In this document: positions 46,677-55,652 of the stretch, in pieces | Layout: every line of letters starts with the position of its first letter | Numbering within the stretch: position 1 is the stretch's first letter | From: Pseudomonadota bacterium | GTDB lineage: Bacteria; Bdellovibrionota_B; Oligoflexia; Oligoflexales; CAIYRB01 | Length of the DNA: 63,063 nucleotides | NCBI GenBank assembly: GCA_031416315.1 | Contig: JANOTL010000039.1 | Span: 1-63,063 of the forward strand | Direction: 5' to 3' | Notes under the pieces: generated by a model | The model's database searches: none | What the model saw: the letters and a program-made list of their open reading frames with translations, nothing else | What the model was told of the DNA's origin: nothing | Position numbers and translations under genes: made by a program

Positions 46677-47285
46677 GGGGATCAAGGCCGGCGTCGTCTC
46701 GCGGTATTTGGCGTAGTTGGCGCCGAGCGCCGCGAGGAGTACCGCTTCTTCTTGCCGGATCCGCGTCGCGAACCAGGCGGGAAACAGCACCGCGGCCGCG
46801 GCGAACGTCCACCACGAGCCGAGCATCGCCGGCGTCGCCAGGAGCATCAGGATCGCGCCCGTGTACGCGGGATGGCGTACGAAGCGATACGGCCCGTCGG
46901 TGATCACCGGCTGATCGCGCGTCGCCTTGACGTGCAAGGTGAAGAAGCGTCCGAGCGTGCGTACGGCCCAGGTCCGGATGCCCAAGCCCAAAAGCGCGAT
47001 CACGAGCGTGAGCCCGCTCGCCAGATCCCAGGCCGCGGCCGCCTCCGCGCCGCGCCAACGCGCCTCGAGCACGGTCAGCACGTAGAAGGGTAGGAGGCCG
47101 GCGGCGAAGATGCGCGCGGTGCCACGGTCAGCTACGGTCGCCTCCTCCGGTTTGTAGCTCGGCTGCAGAGCGATGGCGGCGCTGCTGAGGAGCGCGATCA
47201 GAAGGAGCTTCGTCGAGCCCCAAAGGGCGGGGGAAAAAGCCGCCGGCGCGTAGAGGAGGATCCAGGTGCCGAGGTAAGCCAACAT
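46650..47285 (-). CDS. Isoprenylcysteine carboxyl methyltransferase (ICMT/Ste14) family protein
   Basis: LGRFFT, ITDGPYRFVRHPAYTG, RIRQEEAVL...YAKY. Confidence 0.88.
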   Translation of the reverse strand: MLAYLGTWILLYAPAAFSPALWGSTKLLLIALLSSAAIALQPSYKPEEATVADRGTARIFAAGLLPFYVLTVLEARWRGAEAAAAWDLASGLTLVIALLGLGIRTWAVRTLGRFFTLHVKATRDQPVITDGPYRFVRHPAYTGAILMLLATPAMLGSWWTFAAAAVLFPAWFATRIRQEEAVLLAALGANYAKYRETTPALIPSVRRAVFA

Positions 47286-47473
47286 GCTTTTGCTTTCCCA
47301 AATGCGCGCGAAATCGACCAGCGGCGAAACCACGCGGCACCCGGACGATGCTCAGGGTTCGGCTGGGCGACGTTTCCATAGCAGTTTCAGACCATCAAGT
47401 CAGGTGAAACCGGTAGCGACTCGTCCTCTACGGGTTTTTCGGTGGCCCTGGGGCGCCCGGCACATCCTACCCA

Positions 47474-47501
47474 TCGAGCGCGGCCTCTCGGACGCCGATC
47501 A
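47474..47501 (+). promoter_or_regulatory. sigma28/FliA-like promoter
   Basis: TCGAG-N15-GCCGATCA upstream of SD GGAGG and ATG 47526. Confidence 0.55.
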
Positions 47502-47525
47502 AGGGACGAACGCGCGGAGGCTCTC

Positions 47526-48179
47526 ATGCGGCTTCGAACCCTCAATTTTCACTTCGTCACGACGCTTATCGTCGCAGTCAGCTCGTCCGGGACGGCGCTG
47601 GCCGCGACGAAAAAAGCCCGCGCTGGCGCTACGAGCCCGATCGCCTCGCTCGAAGCCGCGCCCCTGCGCAGCTTGGTCGGCGAGCTCGACCTGCGCGCGG
47701 AAGTCGCGCTGCCTTGGGGCCTGGCCCTTGGCACCCGGGTGGAGAACAGCGACGGCCCGAGCGAGCGCGACAGCTTCCGCGACCGCCGACGCTCGCTGGG
47801 CTTCGAGGGGCTTTGGTATCCCCTGGCCGTCGCGCAGCGCGCGGTCTTCGTCGCCGCAGGCGCGCGCCGTGAAGAGGCCGTGACCGGCAGACAGGCGCCG
47901 CGAGATACGAATACGTGGGCCCGCACGAACAGCGACGAGATGAACGACCGTTGGACGAGCGCGGAGACGAGCTGGGCCGCGACTCAGGCGCTCGGCGTGC
48001 GCCTCTTCTTTGGCGGCTTCGCCACGGCCTCCTTGCGCTTGGAGCGCGACGAGCTCGTGACCCGCACGGCGAAGATCGACCCGGATCAGGTGAAAAGCTA
48101 CGACCCCGATCTCACGACGGCGGGGCGGCCGCGGGTCCGCACCGGGCTGGCGTTGCATGCTGGCGTCTTCCTTCCCTGA
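47526..48179 (+). CDS. Secreted, probable beta-barrel protein
   Basis: SD GGAGG; signal peptide ALA; amphipathic strands; ends LHAGVFLP. Confidence 0.6.
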   Translation: MRLRTLNFHFVTTLIVAVSSSGTALAATKKARAGATSPIASLEAAPLRSLVGELDLRAEVALPWGLALGTRVENSDGPSERDSFRDRRRSLGFEGLWYPLAVAQRAVFVAAGARREEAVTGRQAPRDTNTWARTNSDEMNDRWTSAETSWAATQALGVRLFFGGFATASLRLERDELVTRTAKIDPDQVKSYDPDLTTAGRPRVRTGLALHAGVFLP

Positions 48180-48196
48180 GTGCTAGTTTCTCGGGA

Positions 48197-49672
48197 ATGG
48201 AACCGACGCGTGATCCTCCGGCTCGACTCCTCGGCGAGTCGTCCTTCTCCCGGCTCGTCGCGCGTGCCGCGGACGAGGCGAAAGCGCGCTTCGGTTTCGA
48301 CGGGCTAAGGCCGCATCAGGCGGCGGTCCTCACGCACGTGCTCGAGGGCAAGGACTGTCTCGCGGTCCTGCCGACCGGCAGCGGCAAGACGCTTTGCTAC
48401 GCCATGCCGGCCTTGGTCCGCGAGGGCTTGGTCCTCGTCGTCTCGCCGCTGATCGCCCTCATCCGTGACCAGCTGGAGAAGCTGAACGGCTACGGCGTGA
48501 AGGCGGTCGCCTTCGACTCCTTGCAGTCGGGCGCCGAGAAGGAAGACGTTTGGCGCGAGCTGGAGAGCGGCCGCGCCCGGCTCGTCCTCGCTTCGCCCGA
48601 GCGCTTGGCGCGGATCGACTTTCGCCAGCGCCTCAAAGCCCTGAACATCCAGCTCGTCGCCATCGACGAAGCGCATTGCATCAGCCATTGGGGCAGCCAC
48701 TTTCGGCCGGATTACCGCTTCCTCGGCGAGTATCTGGCGGACTTCGGTCCGGTGCAGAAGCTCGCGGTCACCGCCACCGCGACGACGCGTGTGCGCGAAG
48801 ACATCGAGAAAATCCTCCGGCTCTCCTCGCCTGAGACCGTCTGGGCCGACTTCGCCCGCGGCAATCTGAAGATCAAGGTCGTGCGCGCGGACAAGGTGAA
48901 CGAGCAGCTGACGGCGACCTTGCAGTCCGTCCTCGCCTCCGTCGCGGAAGGGCAAGGGATCGTCTACGCGCCGACGCGGAAGGCGGCGCGCGACGTGCAC
49001 CGCATGCTCGCCGACGCCGGAGTCGCGGCGGTGCTCTATCACGGCGGCCTGCTCCCGGAGCAACGGCACTCCGCGCAACGCGCTTTCCTCGAAGGCACGG
49101 CGGAGGTCGTCGTCGCGACGCACGCCTTCGGCATGGGCGTCGACAAAGCCGACGTCCGCTTCGTCCATCACGCCGGCCTGCCGTCGAGCATCGAGCAATA
49201 CGTCCAGGAGATCGGCCGCGCCGGTCGCGACGGTCGCGTCGCCAATTGCACGCTGATCTACGGCCCACGCGACTATCACGTGCAGAAATTCATGATCGAG
49301 AAGAGCTTTCCGAGCCTTGAGCTCCTGAAGCTTGTCGCCGAAAAGACCCGTGCGATGGTCGAGGCGGCGCGCGGCCCCGTCAGCCAGCAGGCGGTCGTGC
49401 GCGAGATCGCCGGCCACGCGCCCGAGGCCTCCGGCCCGCTCGTCGAGGACGCCGTGCGCATCCTCGCGCGCGAGGGCATGCTCGCCGAGTTGCGCTCGAG
49501 CCGAGACCGCGAGACCCTCATCGACGACGGCAATCGCAGCCTCGATGCCGAAGTGTTTCGCGACTATCCGCTGCGCGTCCAGGACGCGACGGCGAAGCTC
49601 GACGCGATGCGCGCCTATGCCGGCGCGAGCGGCAGCCGGACCCAGATGCTCGACGACTACTTTCGTAAGTAG
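48197..49672 (+). CDS. recQ: RecQ-family DNA helicase (short form)
   Basis: PTGSGKT, VSPLIAL, IDEAHCISHWGSHFRPDY, TATA, FGMGVDK, QEIGRAGRDG. Confidence 0.92.
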   Translation: MEPTRDPPARLLGESSFSRLVARAADEAKARFGFDGLRPHQAAVLTHVLEGKDCLAVLPTGSGKTLCYAMPALVREGLVLVVSPLIALIRDQLEKLNGYGVKAVAFDSLQSGAEKEDVWRELESGRARLVLASPERLARIDFRQRLKALNIQLVAIDEAHCISHWGSHFRPDYRFLGEYLADFGPVQKLAVTATATTRVREDIEKILRLSSPETVWADFARGNLKIKVVRADKVNEQLTATLQSVLASVAEGQGIVYAPTRKAARDVHRMLADAGVAAVLYHGGLLPEQRHSAQRAFLEGTAEVVVATHAFGMGVDKADVRFVHHAGLPSSIEQYVQEIGRAGRDGRVANCTLIYGPRDYHVQKFMIEKSFPSLELLKLVAEKTRAMVEAARGPVSQQAVVREIAGHAPEASGPLVEDAVRILAREGMLAELRSSRDRETLIDDGNRSLDAEVFRDYPLRVQDATAKLDAMRAYAGASGSRTQMLDDYFRK

Positions 49673-49765
49673 CTAACTATTCTGAACAATATTGGCGACG
49701 AAGCGCCGTCGTCGGGCTTCGGGTTTTGCCGTAAAGTGTAGGTTCCAAATACAGCGGGAGCTCCC

Positions 49766-50869
49766 ATGATCATCGGTGTGCCGAAGGAAGTCAAAAACCG
49801 CGAGAACCGCGTCGGCATCGTCCCGGGCGGCGTCAAAGTGCTCACGACGCTCGGCCACAAGGTGCTGATCGAGAAAGGCGCCGGCATCGGCGCCGGCATC
49901 CCGGACGAGAAGTTCAAGGCCGCCGGCGCCACGATCGTCGACAACGCCCAGAAGGTTTGGGGCGAGGCCGAGATGGTGATGAAAGTGAAGGAGCCGATCG
50001 CGCAAGAGTACCCGCTCATGCGCTCGGGCCAGATCCTTTACACGTACCTGCACCTCGCCGCCGAGCCGCTCCTGGCGCAAGCGCTGCGCGATAGAAAGGT
50101 GACGGCGATCGCATACGAGACGATCGAGCTCGACAACCGCTCCTTGCCGCTCCTGACGCCGATGAGCGAAGTCGCCGGACGCGTCGCCGTGCAGGCGGGC
50201 GCCACCTACCTGCAGAAGCACAACGGCGGCAAAGGCCTGCTTTTGGGCGGCGTCCCGGGCGTGAAACGCGGCCGCGTCACCGTCATCGGCGGCGGCGTCG
50301 TCGGCATCAACTCGGCGAAGATGGCGATCGGCCTCGGCGCGCGCGTCACGATCACCGACGTCTCGGCGAGCCGCCTGGCCTACCTCGACGACGTGTTCGG
50401 CAACGCCGTCACGACCCTGATGTCGAACCCCGAGAATACCGCGGAAGCCGTGGCCGAATCCGACCTCGTCGTCGGCGCCGTCTTGATTACGGGCGCGAAA
50501 GCGCCGCGCCTCGTCACGCGCGACATGGTGAAGATGATGGAGCCGAACTCGGTCATCGTCGACGTCGCGATCGACCAAGGCGGCTGCGTCGAGACGATCC
50601 GTCCGACGACGCACGACGATCCGGTCTATTTGGAAGAGAACGTCATCCACTACGGCGTGACCAATATGCCGGGCGACGTCCCGAAGACCTCGACCTACGC
50701 TTTGACCAACGTCACCTTGAAGTACGCGATCGACCTCGCGACCAAAGGCTACAAGGACGCGTTCAAGGCCGATCCGGCCCTCCGCAAGGGCCTCAACGTC
50801 TGCAACGGCGCGATCACGCACCGCGCCGTCGCCGACGCGCTGTCGATGCCGTACCAAGCGTGGGAGTAA
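49766..50869 (+). CDS. ald: Alanine dehydrogenase
   Basis: [48 protein letters not shown]. Confidence 0.96.
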   Translation: MIIGVPKEVKNRENRVGIVPGGVKVLTTLGHKVLIEKGAGIGAGIPDEKFKAAGATIVDNAQKVWGEAEMVMKVKEPIAQEYPLMRSGQILYTYLHLAAEPLLAQALRDRKVTAIAYETIELDNRSLPLLTPMSEVAGRVAVQAGATYLQKHNGGKGLLLGGVPGVKRGRVTVIGGGVVGINSAKMAIGLGARVTITDVSASRLAYLDDVFGNAVTTLMSNPENTAEAVAESDLVVGAVLITGAKAPRLVTRDMVKMMEPNSVIVDVAIDQGGCVETIRPTTHDDPVYLEENVIHYGVTNMPGDVPKTSTYALTNVTLKYAIDLATKGYKDAFKADPALRKGLNVCNGAITHRAVADALSMPYQAWE

Positions 50870-51270
50870 GCGAAGCCGAAGGGCGCGGCCGAAGGCTCAG
50901 AGTCTTCGGCGCGCTCGGCGTCGTCATCCTCGGGCTCGTTGCCGTGATGAGCTTTCCCGCACGCTGGTTCCTGCTCGGCTCGCAGCAGGAAGGGCGCGCG
51001 CTCTCGCTAATGGTCGCCGCGTTGCGCCTCCACATTGGATACGAGCCGGTGGTCCGCGTCAGCGGCGAGCCCGAGATGTACCTTTCGTATGCGGCCATGG
51101 AGCATCCGAGCGGCGATTGGCCGTTCCGTAAGTGGCTGCAGCAGGATGGTTACGTGTTCGTCGAGGAGATGGGCGGGATGAGCGTCTGGAAGGCGCCCGA
51201 CGGGCGTGAGGCGCGCTTTCTCAAACGAATGTTCACGCGCGAGATGATCGTCGCCTCGGTCGTGCCTTAG
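50860..51270 (+). CDS. Small membrane-anchored hypothetical protein
   Basis: One TM near the N-terminus; GYVFVEEMGG motif; overlaps the ald stop; start uncertain. Confidence 0.55.
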   Translation: MGVSEAEGRGRRLRVFGALGVVILGLVAVMSFPARWFLLGSQQEGRALSLMVAALRLHIGYEPVVRVSGEPEMYLSYAAMEHPSGDWPFRKWLQQDGYVFVEEMGGMSVWKAPDGREARFLKRMFTREMIVASVVP

Positions 51271-51330
51271 AGGGTGTCTAAAAAGGCGCGGGACCGTAAA
51301 CCTGCGTCCCGCGCCTTTTTAGACTCCCTC
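51270..51330. mobile_element. 61-bp MITE-like inverted-repeat element with TTA flanks
   Basis: 25-bp arms GAGGGTGTCTAAAAAGGCGCGGGAC / GTCCCGCGCCTTTTTAGACTCCCTC (1 mismatch); TTA at 51267-51269 and 51331-51333. May double as a bidirectional terminator. Confidence 0.6.
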
Positions 51331-51338
51331 TTAGATTA

Positions 51339-51406
51339 GGGCGTATGCCAAAATTGCGGTCGCCCCTGGGCCGGGGGGGGGGGGGAGGCAATTTTGGGAT
51401 CGGCCC
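51339..51406. mobile_element. 68-bp MITE-like inverted-repeat element with TTA flanks and internal G13 run
   Basis: Arms GGGCGTATGCCAAAATTGC / GCAATTTTGGGATCGGCCC (16/19 match); TTA at 51336-51338 and 51407-51409. Confidence 0.5.
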
Positions 51407-52705
51407 TTAAGCGGCGCGCGACGCGACGGCGGGCGTCGCCGGAATAAGGACGGTCGTGACGTCAAGGTCTTTCACCGCGACGCCCTGGGGCAATTTGTAC
51501 GCGACGATCCCTGGATCTCCCGCGAGCGCCGGCGCGAGCGCCGGATGCAGCACGAAACGGTCCCGCGCCCCTTCCAGCGTCCGCAGCTCTTTCCCCAGCG
51601 TTTGCAGCCGGCGCGCCAGGCCGGCGACGTTGCCGAGCGCCGTCGCCTTCTTGTTGCCGACGGGGCCGAGCATGCCGACGGTGGCGTTGCCGGCCGAAAT
51701 GCCGACGTCGAGGCCGTGCGGAGCGCCGTGACGTGCGGCGAACTCAGCGCGCGTCTCGAGGCAGGCGCGCGCGTAGCGCACGGCGCAGCGCACGATTTCC
51801 TCGGTATCGCAGGTCGGGGTCGCGAAACCCACGGCGAAGAGCTCGTCGGCGATCCAGTCGATGAAGTAGTTGCCTTCGGGGAAGGCGGCGTCGAGAAGCT
51901 GGATCTGGTGGGTGTAATAGGCCTCGAGCACGGCCGCGAGCTCATTTGCGCTGACGGTCGCGGTGAACGCCTGGAACTTGCGCCAGTCGGAGCAGATGCA
52001 GACGCAGGCGCGATCCTCGGCGCCGAAGACCTCGGCGATGCTGCGGCCCGTCGCAATCGCTTTGACGAGCACCTGCTTCGGCGTGCAGATCGACTGCTGC
52101 CGGAACGAGCGGATCGCCTCTAGCTTGAACGCGCGATGCAGCAGCACTTGCGCGTTCGAGCTGGCGATAGCCAGCACGAAGCCGAAGACGACGCCGAGGA
52201 CCGGCTCGGGAAAGTCGTGAACGCCCCACGTCAGCAAGGCCATGTAGAAGGTGACTGCACCGAGATGCACGTACTGCCGGAATGCCAGGACGCCGAGGCC
52301 GATGGTCGAGCCGATGAGCCAGAAGGTCGGGATGCCTCTGGCGAAGACGCCGTCGAGCGCGTCGGCGCGGGCGACGAGGCACATGACGAGGTTCGAGAGC
52401 ACGAAGCCGATCAGCTGGCCGATGCGGAGCATCCGCCCGACTTTGATCAGGAGGCCCGCGGCGACGGTGATCGCCGCCATCGCCAGCGCGCAGGGCACGA
52501 AGAGATGCATGACCGCCGCGTCGAAGCCGAGGGCCCAGCCGTAGAGCGGTGCCAAGAGCCAGTAGCAGGACGCCAAGCCGTACCAGAGCCGCGCCGTGAC
52601 GCGCTCCGACTCGTTGATGAAGAGCAGGCAATAGCTCTTCTCGAGGGCGGAGTCGAAGACTGGCTCGCGGAAGAGGCGCGAGAGCGGCGCTGAGACTGTG
52701 GTCAT
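51407..52705 (-). CDS. Membrane-bound class III nucleotide cyclase-like protein with atypical active site
   Basis: About 6 TM; CSDWRKFQ, DWIADELFAV, DVGISAGNATVGMLG, ALGNVAGLARRLQ. Confidence 0.8.
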   Translation of the reverse strand: MTTVSAPLSRLFREPVFDSALEKSYCLLFINESERVTARLWYGLASCYWLLAPLYGWALGFDAAVMHLFVPCALAMAAITVAAGLLIKVGRMLRIGQLIGFVLSNLVMCLVARADALDGVFARGIPTFWLIGSTIGLGVLAFRQYVHLGAVTFYMALLTWGVHDFPEPVLGVVFGFVLAIASSNAQVLLHRAFKLEAIRSFRQQSICTPKQVLVKAIATGRSIAEVFGAEDRACVCICSDWRKFQAFTATVSANELAAVLEAYYTHQIQLLDAAFPEGNYFIDWIADELFAVGFATPTCDTEEIVRCAVRYARACLETRAEFAARHGAPHGLDVGISAGNATVGMLGPVGNKKATALGNVAGLARRLQTLGKELRTLEGARDRFVLHPALAPALAGDPGIVAYKLPQGVAVKDLDVTTVLIPATPAVASRAA

Positions 52706-52711
52706 GCCCAG

Positions 52712-52739
52712 TGATCGGTGGCGCGCCCCGGCAACTTGA
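52712..52739 (-). promoter_or_regulatory. sigma28/FliA-like promoter
   Basis: Minus strand TCAAG-N15-ACCGATCA, 6 nt before ATG 52705. Confidence 0.6.
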
Positions 52740-52781
52740 GCGTGTGCCGGGGCAGCCGCGCGGATTCACCGGATTTTCTGC

Positions 52782-54191
52782 TCAATCTTCGGCTTTCAGC
52801 GTGCGGAGGATCGCCGCGACCGTCTCCGCCAGCTCGGCCTCGAGCTTCGACGTCGCTCCTTTCCGGATCTTGTCGAAGCAACGCTTCAGCTTCGCCCCCG
52901 TGATCGTGTCCAGCTTCGCCACGAGCCCCGCCTTCTTCGGCACGTCGAGCGGCGCACGCACCGAATGCGGGCGTCGCGCCACCGCCCGCTGGTGCAGCAA
53001 GGCGCGGTCGAGCAAGACCCACGGGAACTGAGGGTCGCGGTGCGGACCGATGACGGTCGCGGCGCCGGCCAGCGACACCCCGAAGAAGCGCGCCTCCGGC
53101 TTCTTGAAGGCGAGGGCGACGCCGGAGGCGCCGCCGACGCCGGCGCCGAGGAGCGTGCCGAGGAGGAAGGAATGGCCGAGCGTCGCGGCATCGACCGCGC
53201 CGCCGATCAAGGCGCCGGAGGCGGCGCCGACGAGGGCGAGCTGCGACGAGCTCAGCCCAAAAAACTGCCAGGTTTCCTCGGCGAACACGTCCTTCTCGAA
53301 CGCGGGCGGCGCGAGCTTGTCCTCGTTGCGCGTCAAGCGCTCGTAGGCATAAATGCTCTCGATGTCCTCGCGCTCGCGCCGCTCGAGCTTGCGGATTGCG
53401 TCGGCGAAGGCCTCCTCCAGCTCGCGTTGCCGCAAAGCGTTCGGCGTGCCGCCCTCGTCTTCGACAATAACGAAGCCAATCGCCTCGGTCAGGAAGCGAG
53501 CGATGCGCGCCGCGGACGCTTGCAGCCTCCGCTCGTCGCGCGCGAGGAGCTTCGTGACCGCCTCGTCGAGCGCCTTGCGGTCCTCGTCGACGAGCTGAGC
53601 GAAGGTCATCAGAAGATTGATTCGATTCTCGAAGACATTGCGGCAAGCGTCGAAGCCTTGCACTTTGTCGAAAGACTGCTTCAGTGCCGTGCGCCACGCG
53701 GCGCTGTAGTCGCTCGTCGCGTCGCTCATGTTGATGAGGGCGATGCAAGGGCGCCCGGTCCAGCGCAGCATGCGCATCTCGAGCTCGTAGCCGGCGCGAA
53801 AGGGATGGCTGGCGTCGACGACGTAGACGACGGAGGCGCCAGCGAGGATCGGCGCGAAGAGGCGCCTTTCGTCCTCGAAAGAGGCGGTGCCCTCGAACTC
53901 CTTGAGAAAAGCGGCGACGGCGGCAGGCTTGTCGATCTCGTGGCCGCCGCGCGCCTCGAGCCATTGGCTCATCCAGGCGTAAGCCGCCTCCGGCTCTTGA
54001 AATCCGGGCGTGTCGTAGATCTCGAGCAGGATCTCGCGGTCGACCGCGATCGGATACTTGGTGGTGACGCGCGTCGTGCCGGCCTCGGGGCCGATGGCGA
54101 TGCGCTCGTTCTCGGTCAGCGCCGCGACGATGCTGGACTTGCCTTCGTTGACGCGGCCGACGACCGCGAAGCTCGGGACGCGCATCGTCAC
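52782..54191 (-). CDS. Era/MMR_HSR1-type GTPase with DUF3482-like C-terminal region
   Basis: AVVGRVNEGKSS, GTTR, YDTPGF, YVVDAS; Gly-rich hydrophobic GAASGALIGGAVD segment. Confidence 0.85.
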   Translation of the reverse strand: MTMRVPSFAVVGRVNEGKSSIVAALTENERIAIGPEAGTTRVTTKYPIAVDREILLEIYDTPGFQEPEAAYAWMSQWLEARGGHEIDKPAAVAAFLKEFEGTASFEDERRLFAPILAGASVVYVVDASHPFRAGYELEMRMLRWTGRPCIALINMSDATSDYSAAWRTALKQSFDKVQGFDACRNVFENRINLLMTFAQLVDEDRKALDEAVTKLLARDERRLQASAARIARFLTEAIGFVIVEDEGGTPNALRQRELEEAFADAIRKLERREREDIESIYAYERLTRNEDKLAPPAFEKDVFAEETWQFFGLSSSQLALVGAASGALIGGAVDAATLGHSFLLGTLLGAGVGGASGVALAFKKPEARFFGVSLAGAATVIGPHRDPQFPWVLLDRALLHQRAVARRPHSVRAPLDVPKKAGLVAKLDTITGAKLKRCFDKIRKGATSKLEAELAETVAAILRTLKAED

Positions 54192-55624
54192 TCCGCCAAA
54201 TCAAGGGCTGGGTCGGCGCGCTCGCGTATCGAGCGGCGCCACAAGGCGAGCTTCGCTCCGTCTACGTCCGCGGCCCGCATCGGGGTCTCGCCTTTCGAGG
54301 CGAGCGGCAGGATCAAAAGCGGCCGTTTGGCGCCGAGCGCTCCGCGCAGGCCCGAGACGAAGCGGAGGAGCGCCTTGTCGAGCGCGGAGAAAAGATCGAC
54401 GACGATGACGACCGGGGCGCCGGCGCCGAAATCCGAGAGGTTGGTGACGGCCTTGGCGGTGGCGGCGCCGTCGAGGTCGAGCGCTTTGCCGCCGGCGCTG
54501 CGTACGAAGGCGGCGCTCGCGCCGGTCGCGGCCTTGACGAGCTGGACGACGACGGGCTCGGCGAAGGGGAGATCGCGCCAAAGGACGACTGCAGCTTGCG
54601 TCGCCTTGCGGTCGTGCGGTTGCGCCGTGCTCGTCCCGGTTGACGCTGCCGCCGGCTCCAGCGCGGGCGCGCCTCCGGCTGCCGCACGGACGCGCGCGAT
54701 CAGCCGAGCCGTCTCGAGATTGCCGCGCAAGGCGGCGCGGCGCGCGGCACGCCCTGCAACCGTGGCGACCGTCACGAGCACCAGGCGGGGGAGAAAGCCG
54801 TAGACGAGGACCGCGGCGACCAGAAAGGGCCACCAGGCACCGTAGGCGACGGGCGTGCCGGGACGGACGAAGCCGGCTTGGAGAAGGCGGTAGTACTGCG
54901 TCGTCTCGACCAGCTCGCGCGAGGGGACGGCCGCGGGCCAGAATGAGCTCCAAGGCGCTGCGAGCGACCGGGTCACCGCATGCACGTGGTCGACGCTGAG
55001 CTCTAGCGTCGTGGACCAGGCGAAGGCGAGATCCGTGAACGTCACGGTCGCGACCGTGGCGCCGAGGACGCCGGCGTTGAACGCGAGTCCGAAGAGCTGC
55101 GCCAGGGCGAGCGCCGCCCAGCCTTCAGCGCGGCCGAGGGCGCGGCTCGCGGCGCGGGCGGTTTGCGACTTCTTCGAGAGGAAGCGGCGCAAGGCGCGGT
55201 GCGGGCCGCCTGGAAGCATGGCGGAGATCGCGAGCGAGACGAGAAGAACGATCTGGACGCCGACCATGACCGCGATGAAATGCGCGACGTTGACGGGTCG
55301 CGTACCGTCGTAGCGCAGCAAGGCGGCCGCGCCGGAGATGCCGAGCGCGGCGCCGCCCAGGACGGCGGTCGCGCGGACGCCGGTGAGGGCGCGGTCGAGC
55401 TTGCTGCCGACTTGGTCGGGCGCTGCGGCGCCGGTGGCTCTGAGCCAAAGGCGAAGGGTGGACTCAGCCGTTTCGGTCGCGGCGTCCTCGGCCGGGGCGC
55501 GGCGCGTCCCGAGCGCCGTAAGGTCACGGGCGAGGCGCGCATCGTGGGACAGCTCGACGTCGCGGGCAAGCGCCAGCTCGAGGTTTAGGAGCTCGCCGAG
55601 AGTAAGCGGGGCCGAAGTCGCCAG
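54188..55624 (-). CDS. DUF2868-like membrane protein; start inferred as CTG at 55624
   Basis: LLRYDGTRPVNV, TDLAFAWSTTL, WWPFLVAAVLVYGFLPRL; 4-nt overlap with the GTPase gene; SD GGAGG 9 nt before the CTG. Confidence 0.75.
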   Translation of the reverse strand: MATSAPLTLGELLNLELALARDVELSHDARLARDLTALGTRRAPAEDAATETAESTLRLWLRATGAAAPDQVGSKLDRALTGVRATAVLGGAALGISGAAALLRYDGTRPVNVAHFIAVMVGVQIVLLVSLAISAMLPGGPHRALRRFLSKKSQTARAASRALGRAEGWAALALAQLFGLAFNAGVLGATVATVTFTDLAFAWSTTLELSVDHVHAVTRSLAAPWSSFWPAAVPSRELVETTQYYRLLQAGFVRPGTPVAYGAWWPFLVAAVLVYGFLPRLVLVTVATVAGRAARRAALRGNLETARLIARVRAAAGGAPALEPAAASTGTSTAQPHDRKATQAAVVLWRDLPFAEPVVVQLVKAATGASAAFVRSAGGKALDLDGAATAKAVTNLSDFGAGAPVVIVVDLFSALDKALLRFVSGLRGALGAKRPLLILPLASKGETPMRAADVDGAKLALWRRSIRERADPALDLAE

Positions 55625-55652
55625 ACCGGAGGTCCTCCAGCCGAGGACCCTA

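Noticed and set aside
25866..48196. Long N-terminal extensions of rnhA (25866), rmuC (43668) and recQ (47915) in the ORF track, suggesting fusions
   Set aside because: The extensions overlap other real genes; better starts exist at 26394, 44508 and 48197.
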